This document shows, piece after piece, positions 15,122-23,218 of a DNA stretch of 36,451 nt. The notes under the pieces were generated by a model, which did no database searches, was not told where the DNA came from, and saw only the letters and a program-made list of their open reading frames with translations. A program made the position numbers and the translations under genes. Source of the stretch: Minisyncoccia bacterium (GTDB taxonomy: Bacteria; Patescibacteriota; Minisyncoccia; Phycocordibacterales; UBA918); the NCBI GenBank assembly GCA_050299955.1, contig JBNKWW010000061.1, positions 1-36,451 of the forward strand, written 5' to 3'. Position 1 is the stretch's first letter. Each line of letters opens with the position of its first letter.

Positions 15122-16213
15122 TTACTTGTTCATCGGCATCACCAAATATCTAACAGATATATCATTAGCCCCTTTTATAACCATAGGTCTACCAATTCCG
15201 GCCATATTAAGTACGATGCTATCATCAGTAAAATGAGACAACGCTTCGGCAATATAACGTTGATTAAAGTTTAGGTTAAGCTCTTCGCCTTCTGTGTGTG
15301 CATTTACCGACTCAGTAGTGGTACCAACTTCCCCGCTTCCTGCAGAAACAGTGATGGAGTTTTTAGTTATATGCAAACCAACTTGGAAGAATTTGTTTAA
15401 AAAGATATTAGTCTTTTTAAAGGAGTGAATCAGATCTTCTTTAAGAAGAGTTGTTTTGGCAGCATATTCTTTTGGAATAATTTGTTCATAGTCAGGGAAA
15501 GAACCACTAACCAAACGAGAAGTTACATAAACATCTTCAAACTCGAGAGAAAACTGATTTTCATTAAAGCGACAGATTGGATCTCCGGAAACCAAATCAC
15601 AAACCCTTGCCACTTCAATCGCATTTTTTTGTGGAATCAAAACCGAAGACTCAAAAACCACCCCTTTTTGCGGTACAGTTTTTTCAATCAAACGAAAAGA
15701 GTCTGTTGCCACAAATGTAAGAGAGTGTTCTTTTTTTTGGAAAATATAAACACTGCCAAGTTCTGGTTTAATAGAAGAAAGAGATGCTGCAAAAGCGGCT
15801 GTCTTGATTCCAAGAGAAAAAAGTGAGTTGTTAAGTTTTTGACCAGTAGCTTCGATTTTTGGAATAGAAGGAAACTCATCAAAAGGAATACACTTAATTT
15901 GTGTTTCTGACCCTTTACTTTCAACTACCAAACTGGAATCTTCAAAACGTAAGGTTACCTCTTTATCGTTGTTTAGATTTATAGTTTGAATCAGAACATT
16001 AGCTGGTACAGCAGCTGTACCTGCCTCTTCTACTTTTGCTTTAACTTTAGCTTCAATACCAATTTCTAGATTGGTGGCTTTTAGAATAAGGTTGTCACCT
16101 TCAACCTCCAAAAGAACACACTGGAGTACTGGCAAGGTTACATGTTTGGTACTGACACGACTAACCAACTCCAACTTCTCATATAGGTCTTTAGTGTTTA
16201 GAGTGATGTTCAT
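15122..16213 (-). CDS. dnaN: DNA polymerase III beta sliding clamp
   Basis: 363 aa with a typical N-terminus (LVSRVSTKHVTLPVLQCVLLEVEGDNLILKATNLEIGIE). It sits immediately downstream of dnaA and ends in LVMPM. Confidence 0.95.
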   Translation of the reverse strand: MNITLNTKDLYEKLELVSRVSTKHVTLPVLQCVLLEVEGDNLILKATNLEIGIEAKVKAKVEEAGTAAVPANVLIQTINLNNDKEVTLRFEDSSLVVESKGSETQIKCIPFDEFPSIPKIEATGQKLNNSLFSLGIKTAAFAASLSSIKPELGSVYIFQKKEHSLTFVATDSFRLIEKTVPQKGVVFESSVLIPQKNAIEVARVCDLVSGDPICRFNENQFSLEFEDVYVTSRLVSGSFPDYEQIIPKEYAAKTTLLKEDLIHSFKKTNIFLNKFFQVGLHITKNSITVSAGSGEVGTTTESVNAHTEGEELNLNFNQRYIAEALSHFTDDSIVLNMAGIGRPMVIKGANDISVRYLVMPMNK

Positions 16214-16337
16214 AGTGGTTGATTATTTTTTAATCTTTTAAACATTATACTCTTTATTATTAGGGGTGTGGAAGTGTGTATATGTCAAAATCGTGGCCTG
16301 ATATAATGATGATACAAAGAGGGGTTGTTGCGCGAGG

Positions 16338-16493
16338 TTGTTGATAGAGCTGGAGATAAGGTGGATAATAAGGGGAACAAACAGATTGTTTTATCTTCGG
16401 TAACAGATTTTGTTGTTTTTCAACAAGTAATCCCCAAGAAAAAAGTAAAATTATTAAGTGTTTTATACCAAAGTGTTTACCAGTATATCCACA
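16338..16493. promoter_or_regulatory. DnaA-box-like cluster in the dnaA-dnaN spacer
   Basis: GGTGGATAA (16360-16368, 8/9 to TGTGGATAA) abuts TGGAGATAA (16351-16359, 7/9). Also TGTTGATAG (16338-16346, 7/9), ATATCCACA (16485-16493, 8/9 to TTATCCACA) and TAATCCCCA (16428-16436, 7/9). Confidence 0.45.
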
Positions 16494-16520
16494 GAGTTTT
16501 ACACAGCTGGGTTGGAGTGG

Positions 16521-16580
16521 CTTAAATAAGGCGAGGAAAACCGGTGGCTAAAGCCACCGGTTTTCCTCGCCTTATTTAAG
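16521..16580. repeat. 60-nt perfect palindrome (28-bp arms) at the dnaA 3' end
   Basis: CTTAAATAAGGCGAGGAAAACCGGTGGC-taaa-GCCACCGGTTTTCCTCGCCTTATTTAAG. The right arm covers the last two codons and the stop codon of dnaA. Confidence 0.9.
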
Positions 16581-17954
16581 CATCATTCTTATCTGAGTCA
16601 GTTCTTCCTCTAGGTTGCTGTTGCCTTTTAATTCGGTTTTGATTTTTTCACAGGAGTGGATCACGGTAGTGTGGTCGCGACCACCTAGTTTCTGTCCAAT
16701 TGAAGGATAAGAAATGGCGTAATCTTCGCGTAAGATATACATAATCAACTGTCTCGGCTTCACCACCTCTTTGCGCCTAGTTTTTTCGTAAATGGTTGCT
16801 GGCTCTATTTCAAAGTATTTAGCCACCTTCTCTACCACATCAGATATAGCTAGAGTTTTTCTTGGGCGGGTACTATTTTTGATGATTAACTTTACTTCGT
16901 CGAGTGACAGAGTGCGTCCCAAAAGCTGTGATTGACACATTATGCTGTTTAAAGCACCTTCGAGTTCACGAATGTTCCCTTCTATGGTGTAGGCGAGGTG
17001 TTGTACGACGTCTTCAGAGAGTGTGATGCTGTTTTGAGCTGCTTTAGCTTCCAAGATAGCAGCACGAGATTCTATGTCTGGAGCCGGTATGTCGATAATC
17101 ATTCCTTGAGAGAATCGTGACTGAAGTCTCTCTTCCATACCAGAGAGTAGTGCTGGGTGAATATCGCTCGAGAAAACAATCTGTTTATTGTTATCGTGCA
17201 TAGCGTTGAAGAGGTGGAATAGTTCTTCTTGAGTTTTGTCTTTGCTAGCCAAAAACTGAATGTCGTCCATGATCAAAACGTCGTATTGACGGTATTTGTC
17301 CTTAAAGTTATTGGCAGTTCCGTTTTGAAGGGAGTTAATAAAATCAACCACAAAACGTTCGCTGGTAACATAGAACACCTTTTTGCCGGCTTTTTTTAGT
17401 TGGTTCCCCACGGCTTGAATAAGGTGAGTTTTACCGTGACCAGTCTTACCGTAGATAAAGAGCGGGTTGTAGGCAATGCCGGGTTTTTCGCTTACTGTTT
17501 TGGCGGCGGCATGAGCCAGAGCATTAAATGGACCAATAACGAAAGTTTCAAAAGCATACTTAGGATTTAGATTGTCGCTCTTGTTGATGTAGTACTCTTC
17601 AAGGGGCAATGAGGCATTAACTGTTTGAGAGCGAGAACTTTCAATTTTTTTCTCGTTTCTTTGTACTACAGCATATTCAACACTGCGTACGTGTGGAGTT
17701 AGTTCGCGTAGAACTTTAAGAATCATTGGCTGGAATTTGTCAAAAAGCCAATCACGAACAAAGATACTTGGTACACCGATGGTGACAGTACCGTCGTCTA
17801 GAGAAACTATATGGGTGTCACGGAACCAAGTTTTGAAGTTGGCTGGAGTAATAGAGAGTTCAATGTTTACCAAGGCGTCGTCCCACAACTGTTTAACATC
17901 AATGTTTTCAGAATGAATGATGCTTTTTGGTTCAGTTTGAGATAGTGAGTTCAT
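16572..17954 (-). CDS. dnaA: Chromosomal replication initiator DnaA
   Basis: AAA+ Walker A GKTGHGKTHL, Walker B LIMDDIQF, sensor SSDIHP, and the domain IV DNA-binding helix GGRDHTTVIHSCEKI. Confidence 0.97.
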   Translation of the reverse strand: MNSLSQTEPKSIIHSENIDVKQLWDDALVNIELSITPANFKTWFRDTHIVSLDDGTVTIGVPSIFVRDWLFDKFQPMILKVLRELTPHVRSVEYAVVQRNEKKIESSRSQTVNASLPLEEYYINKSDNLNPKYAFETFVIGPFNALAHAAAKTVSEKPGIAYNPLFIYGKTGHGKTHLIQAVGNQLKKAGKKVFYVTSERFVVDFINSLQNGTANNFKDKYRQYDVLIMDDIQFLASKDKTQEELFHLFNAMHDNNKQIVFSSDIHPALLSGMEERLQSRFSQGMIIDIPAPDIESRAAILEAKAAQNSITLSEDVVQHLAYTIEGNIRELEGALNSIMCQSQLLGRTLSLDEVKLIIKNSTRPRKTLAISDVVEKVAKYFEIEPATIYEKTRRKEVVKPRQLIMYILREDYAISYPSIGQKLGGRDHTTVIHSCEKIKTELKGNSNLEEELTQIRMMLK

Positions 17955-18392
17955 AAGATTGGTTTCCAGAGTGTGAATGAATTATACCTCTATCAAGACT
18001 ACTGTAAACTTTTTTCAAAATTAGACCAGAAGTTATTGATTTGTTGAACTGTTTGACGTCAAGTGTTTATAACTTGTTGATAAGGGTGGGGATAGGAACA
18101 GAGTCGAGAACAAGTAATTAATAATAAGGAACAATGACGAAAACCGAAGGTTTTCGTCATTGTTTAACTACCCCATTCTCCCGTCTCCTCTTTTTGTAAA
18201 TTTTAAAATTATTAATTTTCAGTGTTTAAAACAATTGAATTATTGGTTATTGAATTAAAATTGAAAATTAATAATTTAAAATTAGGGGTTAATAGCTATG
18301 TTTTGGTTAATGATTATCAAAGGGCTTGGGAAGGTATAAAACCTTGAAAAATATACTGAATAGTGTATAGTTGCGGAACTAAAATATATTTT
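17955..18392. other. Candidate oriC (dnaA-rpmH spacer with DnaA boxes and an AT-rich DUE)
   Basis: Boxes TGTGAATGA (17972-17980), TGTTTATAA (18063-18071), TGTTGATAA (18075-18083, 8/9) and TGGGGATAG (18087-18095). An approximately 90% AT tract spans about 18192-18290. It contains a 16-bp perfect inverted repeat, AAATTATTAATTTTCA (18206-18221) with TGAAAATTAATAATTT (18262-18277). Confidence 0.55.
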
Positions 18393-18545
18393 ATGTCTAA
18401 GAGAACTTACCAACCAAGCAAAAAGAAGCGCGCCACCACTCACGGTTTTTTGGCTCGTAAAAATGACGGTTCAAAAGTGGTTCAGGCTCGTCGTCGTAAG
18501 GGTCGCGCCAGTCTTGCTGTTAAGACCGTTAACAAGGGCAAATAA
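18393..18545 (+). CDS. rpmH: 50S ribosomal protein L34
   Basis: [41 protein letters not shown] matches the L34 signature. The internal ATG of track ORF 18363-18545 was chosen as the start. Confidence 0.93.
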   Translation: MSKRTYQPSKKKRATTHGFLARKNDGSKVVQARRRKGRASLAVKTVNKGK

Positions 18546-18562
18546 ACTCTGGTGAAACGATT

Positions 18563-18607
18563 GAATATGAAAAGGCCGGCGGCGAAGCTGCCGGCCTTTT
18601 CATATTC
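18563..18607 (+). terminator. Terminator, 21-bp-arm palindrome with GCGAAGC apex
   Basis: GAATATGAAAAGGCCGGCGGC-gaa-GCTGCCGGCCTTTTCATATTC, with one G-U pair. Confidence 0.85.
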
Positions 18608-18631
18608 CCTATTTACCCGTAAACTAAAGCG

Positions 18632-18952
18632 ATGTTGAAGAAAAAAGAGCGTCTGACAACCACAGAGTTCAATAAGGTTTTTGCTACCGGTCAAAGACGA
18701 CATAGTGTATTGCTGCAACTCATCTATGCTAAGGGTGAAGTTTTTCATGGTGCAGCTGTTGTTGGTAAAAAAGTCTTTAAAAAAGCGGTTGACCGAAATC
18801 GCCTAAGACGACGTATCTACAACATACTTTATCGTCTCTCAAAAGATGGTGAACTTCAAGGAACTTTTATCTTGATTGCTAAACCAGCCTGTAAGGAAGC
18901 TTCTTTTACCGACCTAAGAGCTGATATCGACCAGCTTCTATCAAAGTTTTAA
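18632..18952 (+). CDS. rnpA: RNase P protein component
   Basis: The N-terminus KKERLTTTEFNKVF, the basic segment RNRLRRRIY, the 106-aa size and the conserved rpmH-rnpA-yidC order all fit. Confidence 0.9.
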   Translation: MLKKKERLTTTEFNKVFATGQRRHSVLLQLIYAKGEVFHGAAVVGKKVFKKAVDRNRLRRRIYNILYRLSKDGELQGTFILIAKPACKEASFTDLRADIDQLLSKF

Positions 18953-19006
18953 ATAATCCTAAACTAGATTTTCCATCCAGTTACGGGTATAGTTTAGCCA
19001 AGTCTA

Positions 19007-19194
19007 AGAAACTGTCTAATATCTCATCGAGGTCCAAAGTGTCTCAAAATATGAGCGAAAATTGTGTATGTTGAGGAGGTGAATCTGGTATTCATTGACG
19101 AAACATACATAATTTGCAGCCATATTTTGAGACACGATGACCCGAAATGAATCAAAACAAGGATATTTTCATGGTGAGATATTAGACAGTTTCT
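19007..19194. repeat. 188-nt nested-hairpin element (MITE-like or structured RNA)
   Basis: There are three nested helices. The first has 20 perfect bp (19007-19026 with 19175-19194). The second has 15 perfect bp (19039-19053 with 19121-19135). The third has 14 bp with one G-U (19059-19072 with 19102-19115). There is no ORF. It occupies the position where yidD sits in many bacteria. Confidence 0.6.
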
Positions 19195-19236
19195 AATGAC
19201 TGTCTAACGGAATGTTTTAAAGGTTAAATTCACTTT

Positions 19237-19965
19237 ATGTTTTCTACTATTTGGCACACTGTCTTCTTTGATCCTGTTTATAACGGTTTGGTCTTCTTCA
19301 TTGATGCTATTCCCGGCGGTGATGTTGGTCTCGCTATTATTTGTATAACGGTATTGGTTAAGTTTGTTCTTCTCCCCCTCTCTATCAGCGCAGCTAAAAC
19401 TCAAAAAGCGATGCGAGTTTTGGAACCAAAGCTTTCTGAAATAAAGGAGAAACACAAAGACTCAAAAGAGGAGCAAGCCCGCGCCACTATGGAAGCTTAT
19501 AAAGAAGCCGGTGTTAAGCCTTTGGCTAGCGTTGCTCTCTTGTTTTTGCAGATACCAATAATCATTGCTTTGTACCTTTCTGTATCAAGGGGTGGTGGAG
19601 TACCTCTTCCAGGAATAAATATCGAACAGTTGTATTCCTTCATTCCGGTACCAGAATCGGTCAATATGATATTTCTTGGTCTCGTGGATATAAGTAAAAA
19701 GAGTCTGGTCTTGGCTCTTTTGGCTGGAGTAACTCAGTTCTTTCAAGCAAAGTTTGCTATGCCTAAACCGCCAGAGAGAAAGCCAGAAGATAAACCGAGT
19801 TTCAAAACAGATTTAGCTCACAGTATGCACATTCAGATGCGCTACGTGATGCCTGCAGTTATTTTTATGGTGGCCTATTCTATTTCAGCTTCAATAGCGT
19901 TGTACTTCACAGTAAGTAACTTAGTAGCTATTGCTCAAGAGTTGGTAGTCAGAAAGCATAGGTAG
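19237..19965 (+). CDS. yidC: Membrane protein insertase YidC (short Oxa1-type)
   Basis: Multi-pass TM protein with the LLPLSISAAKTQKAMRVLEPKLSEIKEKHKD coiled region typical of YidC/Oxa1. Synteny with rnpA supports the call. Confidence 0.9.
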   Translation: MFSTIWHTVFFDPVYNGLVFFIDAIPGGDVGLAIICITVLVKFVLLPLSISAAKTQKAMRVLEPKLSEIKEKHKDSKEEQARATMEAYKEAGVKPLASVALLFLQIPIIIALYLSVSRGGGVPLPGINIEQLYSFIPVPESVNMIFLGLVDISKKSLVLALLAGVTQFFQAKFAMPKPPERKPEDKPSFKTDLAHSMHIQMRYVMPAVIFMVAYSISASIALYFTVSNLVAIAQELVVRKHR

Positions 19966-19971
19966 ATTTAC

Positions 19972-20004
19972 AAAAAGGCCGGCAGCGAAGCTGCCGGCCT
20001 TTTT
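19972..20004. terminator. Bidirectional terminator AAAAAGGCCGGCAGC-gaa-GCTGCCGGCCTTTTT
   Basis: Perfect 10-bp GC stem with a GCGAAGC apex, between convergent yidC and the last gene of the T4SS-like operon. Confidence 0.85.
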
Positions 20005-20005
20005 G

Positions 20006-21169
20006 TTACTCCCCTACCCTATACCACCAAAGGGTGCCATTCATTTTGTTAATGAAGAATATATTTCCGTTACTTAGAGTGAAATCGGTTACATCGATAT
20101 CAAATCCTGCTTGGTCGGTTAGATTGATGGATAGTTCGGCAATGCCACTTTCAAGATCCACCTTCCAGATATTGTCCTGGCTGTTTAGTATCCCTTTATA
20201 CCAAGAGACGGCGTAGTTTTGGTTGGCATTATTGTCTCCAGCACACCACATTGTTCTGGTAGCTGTTTTACTAAAGGCACATTTTTCCGGTAACACGATG
20301 ATTGGTACTTCGGTTTTTTCGTTTGTGGTTGTGTCCAGCTTCTCGGAAACCATAAAGCCTAGAGTTTTGTCGTAATATGAATAAACCAAAGTACCGGCTT
20401 CTTGGCTGTTGATGCTGGTTAGAGATGTTTTTGTTTCGGTCAGTTTTTGAATGTTATTTCCAGAAACTGTATATACACCACCAGATAAAACGCTTGAGAC
20501 TTTGTTTGAGATTGTTGCGCTTCCGTCATCATTCCAGGAAACTCTTGCGTCAACAAAAGGTATTTGCCAGAGAACATTTGTTTCCATTGTTTTTCGATCA
20601 AAGCTGTACGCAAATGTTTGGTTGTTTAGAACTTTTGTGTAGTAAAGGGTTGTGCTGGAAACCAAGTAAAAATCTCGGCTATCGGTTGGTATTATTAAAG
20701 TGTCTTGCGCAGTATCGCTTATTTGATACCAAGCGGTACTGGTTGTGTTGTCGTCTTCTTCTCTAACCAGAACAACACTCCCGCCTTCTGGGTCAAATAC
20801 AGCATCAGTAACCTTGCCAATTGTATTGTTCAATAAACGATTTTCTGACTTGGCATTCAAATCCATCTTAAACACATAACCTGTCCCCCTTTCGGCATAG
20901 AGAATGTTTTTTTCTTCAAGAGACTCGATAAACGCGTAGCCTGCAATTGGTCGCTCGGTTAGTTGTTCAAGAGGTGAAGAAGATATTTCAATGAGTGTCT
21001 CCTCAGGCGGAGTAGTGATTGGGGTTGGTTCGTTGACTCCGATATTGGTGAGATTTGAAAAAGTATCTTTAACTGCTGTCGGCGCACCAAAAAAAAGTAA
21101 ATACACCCACAAGCCGGAAGCTAGTATGAGAATGGTGACTCCGATTATGGTAAATATTTTTTTGGTCAT
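20006..21169 (-). CDS. N-terminally membrane-anchored extracytoplasmic protein, unknown function (last gene of the T4SS-like operon)
   Basis: TM anchor IFTIIGVTILILASGLWVYLLFF. The remainder is rich in short beta-strand-like repeats, so a propeller-like fold is a guess. Confidence 0.6.
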   Translation of the reverse strand: MTKKIFTIIGVTILILASGLWVYLLFFGAPTAVKDTFSNLTNIGVNEPTPITTPPEETLIEISSSPLEQLTERPIAGYAFIESLEEKNILYAERGTGYVFKMDLNAKSENRLLNNTIGKVTDAVFDPEGGSVVLVREEDDNTTSTAWYQISDTAQDTLIIPTDSRDFYLVSSTTLYYTKVLNNQTFAYSFDRKTMETNVLWQIPFVDARVSWNDDGSATISNKVSSVLSGGVYTVSGNNIQKLTETKTSLTSINSQEAGTLVYSYYDKTLGFMVSEKLDTTTNEKTEVPIIVLPEKCAFSKTATRTMWCAGDNNANQNYAVSWYKGILNSQDNIWKVDLESGIAELSINLTDQAGFDIDVTDFTLSNGNIFFINKMNGTLWWYRVGE

Positions 21170-21194
21170 AGATTCTTTAATTATTTAACTGATT

Positions 21195-21728
21195 TTACTT
21201 GGCACAGTAAATTAAATTTGGTTTTTCAGAGTATGTTCCACCAGCTGCGGTACATTCATTAATGGCTTCCTTGCAACTATAGTATGTTGGGGTTAGTTTC
21301 GTGCAAGGAATTTTATCACCCGTCTTTTCTGCTTGGGTATTTTGAGTGGCTGTGTTTTGAACCGTCACCTTAGAAGCGTTTCTCAAAATATCCAGTTTGG
21401 TTATTTCTGGGTTGATGGTGCCAAGTAAAGTGGTGGCACTCAAAATTATTAAAAGACCAATTAAAGAAGCTTTTATGTCTTTCTTAGCATCGGCCTTGCT
21501 AGTCACCACGTCGGTCAGCATGTATTTAAAACCAGCCATCATTAACTTGATTACCGCCAGCAAGGCAGCAGCGCCGATGAGTAGTCGGTACACAGCGTTT
21601 ACGTATATTTCGGTAGAGGTGATACTTCCCCCGATGAATGGTATGTCTTCAAAAGTACTAAAAGCCAAACTACTAAGTGGCAGTGAGAAGGTGATAAGAA
21701 AGACAAATGTTTTGGTTAGATTTTTCAT
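21195..21728 (-). CDS. TrbC/VirB2-type T4SS pilin candidate with a C-terminal 4-Cys extension
   Basis: A signal peptide (..PLSSLA/FS) is followed by two hydrophobic helices separated by a short basic loop (LLIGAAALLAVIKLMMAGFKYM...KKDIKASLIGLLIILSATTLLG). This is the topology of VirB2/TrbC and 'T4SS pilin' family proteins. Confidence 0.5.
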   Translation of the reverse strand: MKNLTKTFVFLITFSLPLSSLAFSTFEDIPFIGGSITSTEIYVNAVYRLLIGAAALLAVIKLMMAGFKYMLTDVVTSKADAKKDIKASLIGLLIILSATTLLGTINPEITKLDILRNASKVTVQNTATQNTQAEKTGDKIPCTKLTPTYYSCKEAINECTAAGGTYSEKPNLIYCAK

Positions 21729-22468
21729 AGCCCGAAGTTTAAGTTAAAGAAACCTGAAGCGTTTTCGGTCAGTTTGATTTGGTGTCCAAGTTTGAAACCA
21801 ACACGGTAACTTCGCGTTGTGTCTTCTGGCCGGAAGAGGGTTACTTTACGCCAGGCATTGGTTTCTAGGGGTTGTCTGTCTATTGTCCACTCGGTTAGGA
21901 GTTCGGGTGGTTCGTCGGTTTGGCCAATAAAGTATGGCGCTACCAGAATGGAACTTTCAGTGCCGATGAGGTTGAAAGAACCTTGAATGGCACTCTGAGA
22001 TTGACCGCGGAGAGGGTTGTCTTCATAAAATACAACTTCATAAGGGCTTAGATCGACGTAGGTGTTTTTCTTTATGATGTTGCCACTTGAATCCGTTACT
22101 GATAGTCCGACCAAAGTTCGTCCAGCCAGTGGGGCGGTGAAAGTTAGTATGTTTGGAGTCTCGCTTTTGGCCATGGCTGCCTTGCCGTTTATTTGCCAAG
22201 AATAGTTAGAGGTCTCGCCTCCGGTTATAAGGGCTATTACTCTAACTGGATTACCGGCGGAAGGTTCTCTTCGTCCTTCGTAAAAACTGGGTACGTAAGT
22301 ATCGGCTTCAACAATTAGATCAACGTTTATAGTTGGTGATGACTGCCCTATTTTGCCACTAGACACTGGTAAATATTGGTTCGACAAAGAAGAAGTTTGA
22401 GCCAAAAGTGGCAATGGCAAAAAAACCAAGGCAATTAGTGTAATTGATAAAAAAGCAAAACGGCTCAT
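21725..22468 (-). CDS. Secreted protein, unknown function
   Basis: Signal peptide MSRFAFLSITLIALVFLPLPLLAQT. Its stop overlaps the next start in an ATGA 4-nt overlap, implying translational coupling with the pilin gene. Confidence 0.6.
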   Translation of the reverse strand: MSRFAFLSITLIALVFLPLPLLAQTSSLSNQYLPVSSGKIGQSSPTINVDLIVEADTYVPSFYEGRREPSAGNPVRVIALITGGETSNYSWQINGKAAMAKSETPNILTFTAPLAGRTLVGLSVTDSSGNIIKKNTYVDLSPYEVVFYEDNPLRGQSQSAIQGSFNLIGTESSILVAPYFIGQTDEPPELLTEWTIDRQPLETNAWRKVTLFRPEDTTRSYRVGFKLGHQIKLTENASGFFNLNFGL

Positions 22469-22515
22469 ATCATAAATAGGATAGCACGTAAAAGGCTTTA
22501 AATTGGTGATGGCTG

Positions 22516-23112
22516 TTAATCCAGCTCTTCTTTGGCGGTAAAGACAGGCCAGAAAATTGCCCAGGGTACTAGGTTAAAAAGAGGAATAAGATAGAAGGAA
22601 AAAGCCATAGCCAGAAATAGAATTCCTTTACCGTGGAATGGGTGCATTCCACGGGCCTTCATAATGACAAAGGCGGTTACTAAGGAGAAACAACCACAAA
22701 GTAGGGTTACAATCATTCCAATAAGCATGAGAGCGATGGCGGCGTCACTAAGTGACCCAAAGGTGACTGTGTCGGCAGCGCTACCAAGCCAAGTTTCATC
22801 TAGTATTGCACCGCCCCCAAGACTAACGAGACTAAGTACTCCAAACAAAATCTGAATGACATATATAGGAAGTGTGCTTTCAAATACCATCGTTACTGAT
22901 GTGACTGCGGCAGCTATTTTGGCGGGTGCTTTAGCGACTTTGCGAGCGTTTTGAATTACTTGTCGCTGACTACGTGGAGAGTTGTCGTTAGCTGCTGCTC
23001 TGCGGTTGTCATTGACGGCGTTTGGCCCACTGTTTCTCGAGCGTTGTCCTAGTTTGATGCCAGTGTTGTATGGCGCAGTTTCTTTTTTAACATTTTGGAC
23101 TTTTGGTGGCAT
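22516..23112 (-). CDS. Polytopic membrane protein with a basic disordered N-terminus, unknown function
   Basis: About 70 aa of N/R/Q/A-rich N-terminus are followed by about 4 predicted TM helices. Confidence 0.55.
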   Translation of the reverse strand: MPPKVQNVKKETAPYNTGIKLGQRSRNSGPNAVNDNRRAAANDNSPRSQRQVIQNARKVAKAPAKIAAAVTSVTMVFESTLPIYVIQILFGVLSLVSLGGGAILDETWLGSAADTVTFGSLSDAAIALMLIGMIVTLLCGCFSLVTAFVIMKARGMHPFHGKGILFLAMAFSFYLIPLFNLVPWAIFWPVFTAKEELD

Positions 23113-23148
23113 AGGTATGTAAAGTATACATCATATAGAGAATGGCAG

Positions 23149-23210
23149 GAGGCGAAATTAAATTGAGGAGTTGCCCCCTAGGGGGCAACTCCTCAATTTA
23201 ATTTCGCCTC
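23149..23210. repeat. 62-nt perfect palindrome inside the T4SS-like operon
   Basis: GAGGCGAAATTAAATTGAGGAGTTGCCCC-ctag-GGGGCAACTCCTCAATTTAATTTCGCCTC is palindromic through its centre. It lies in the 106-nt gap between the virB4-like gene and the next ORF, with no adjacent U-tract. Confidence 0.9.
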
Positions 23211-23218
23211 TCATACTT

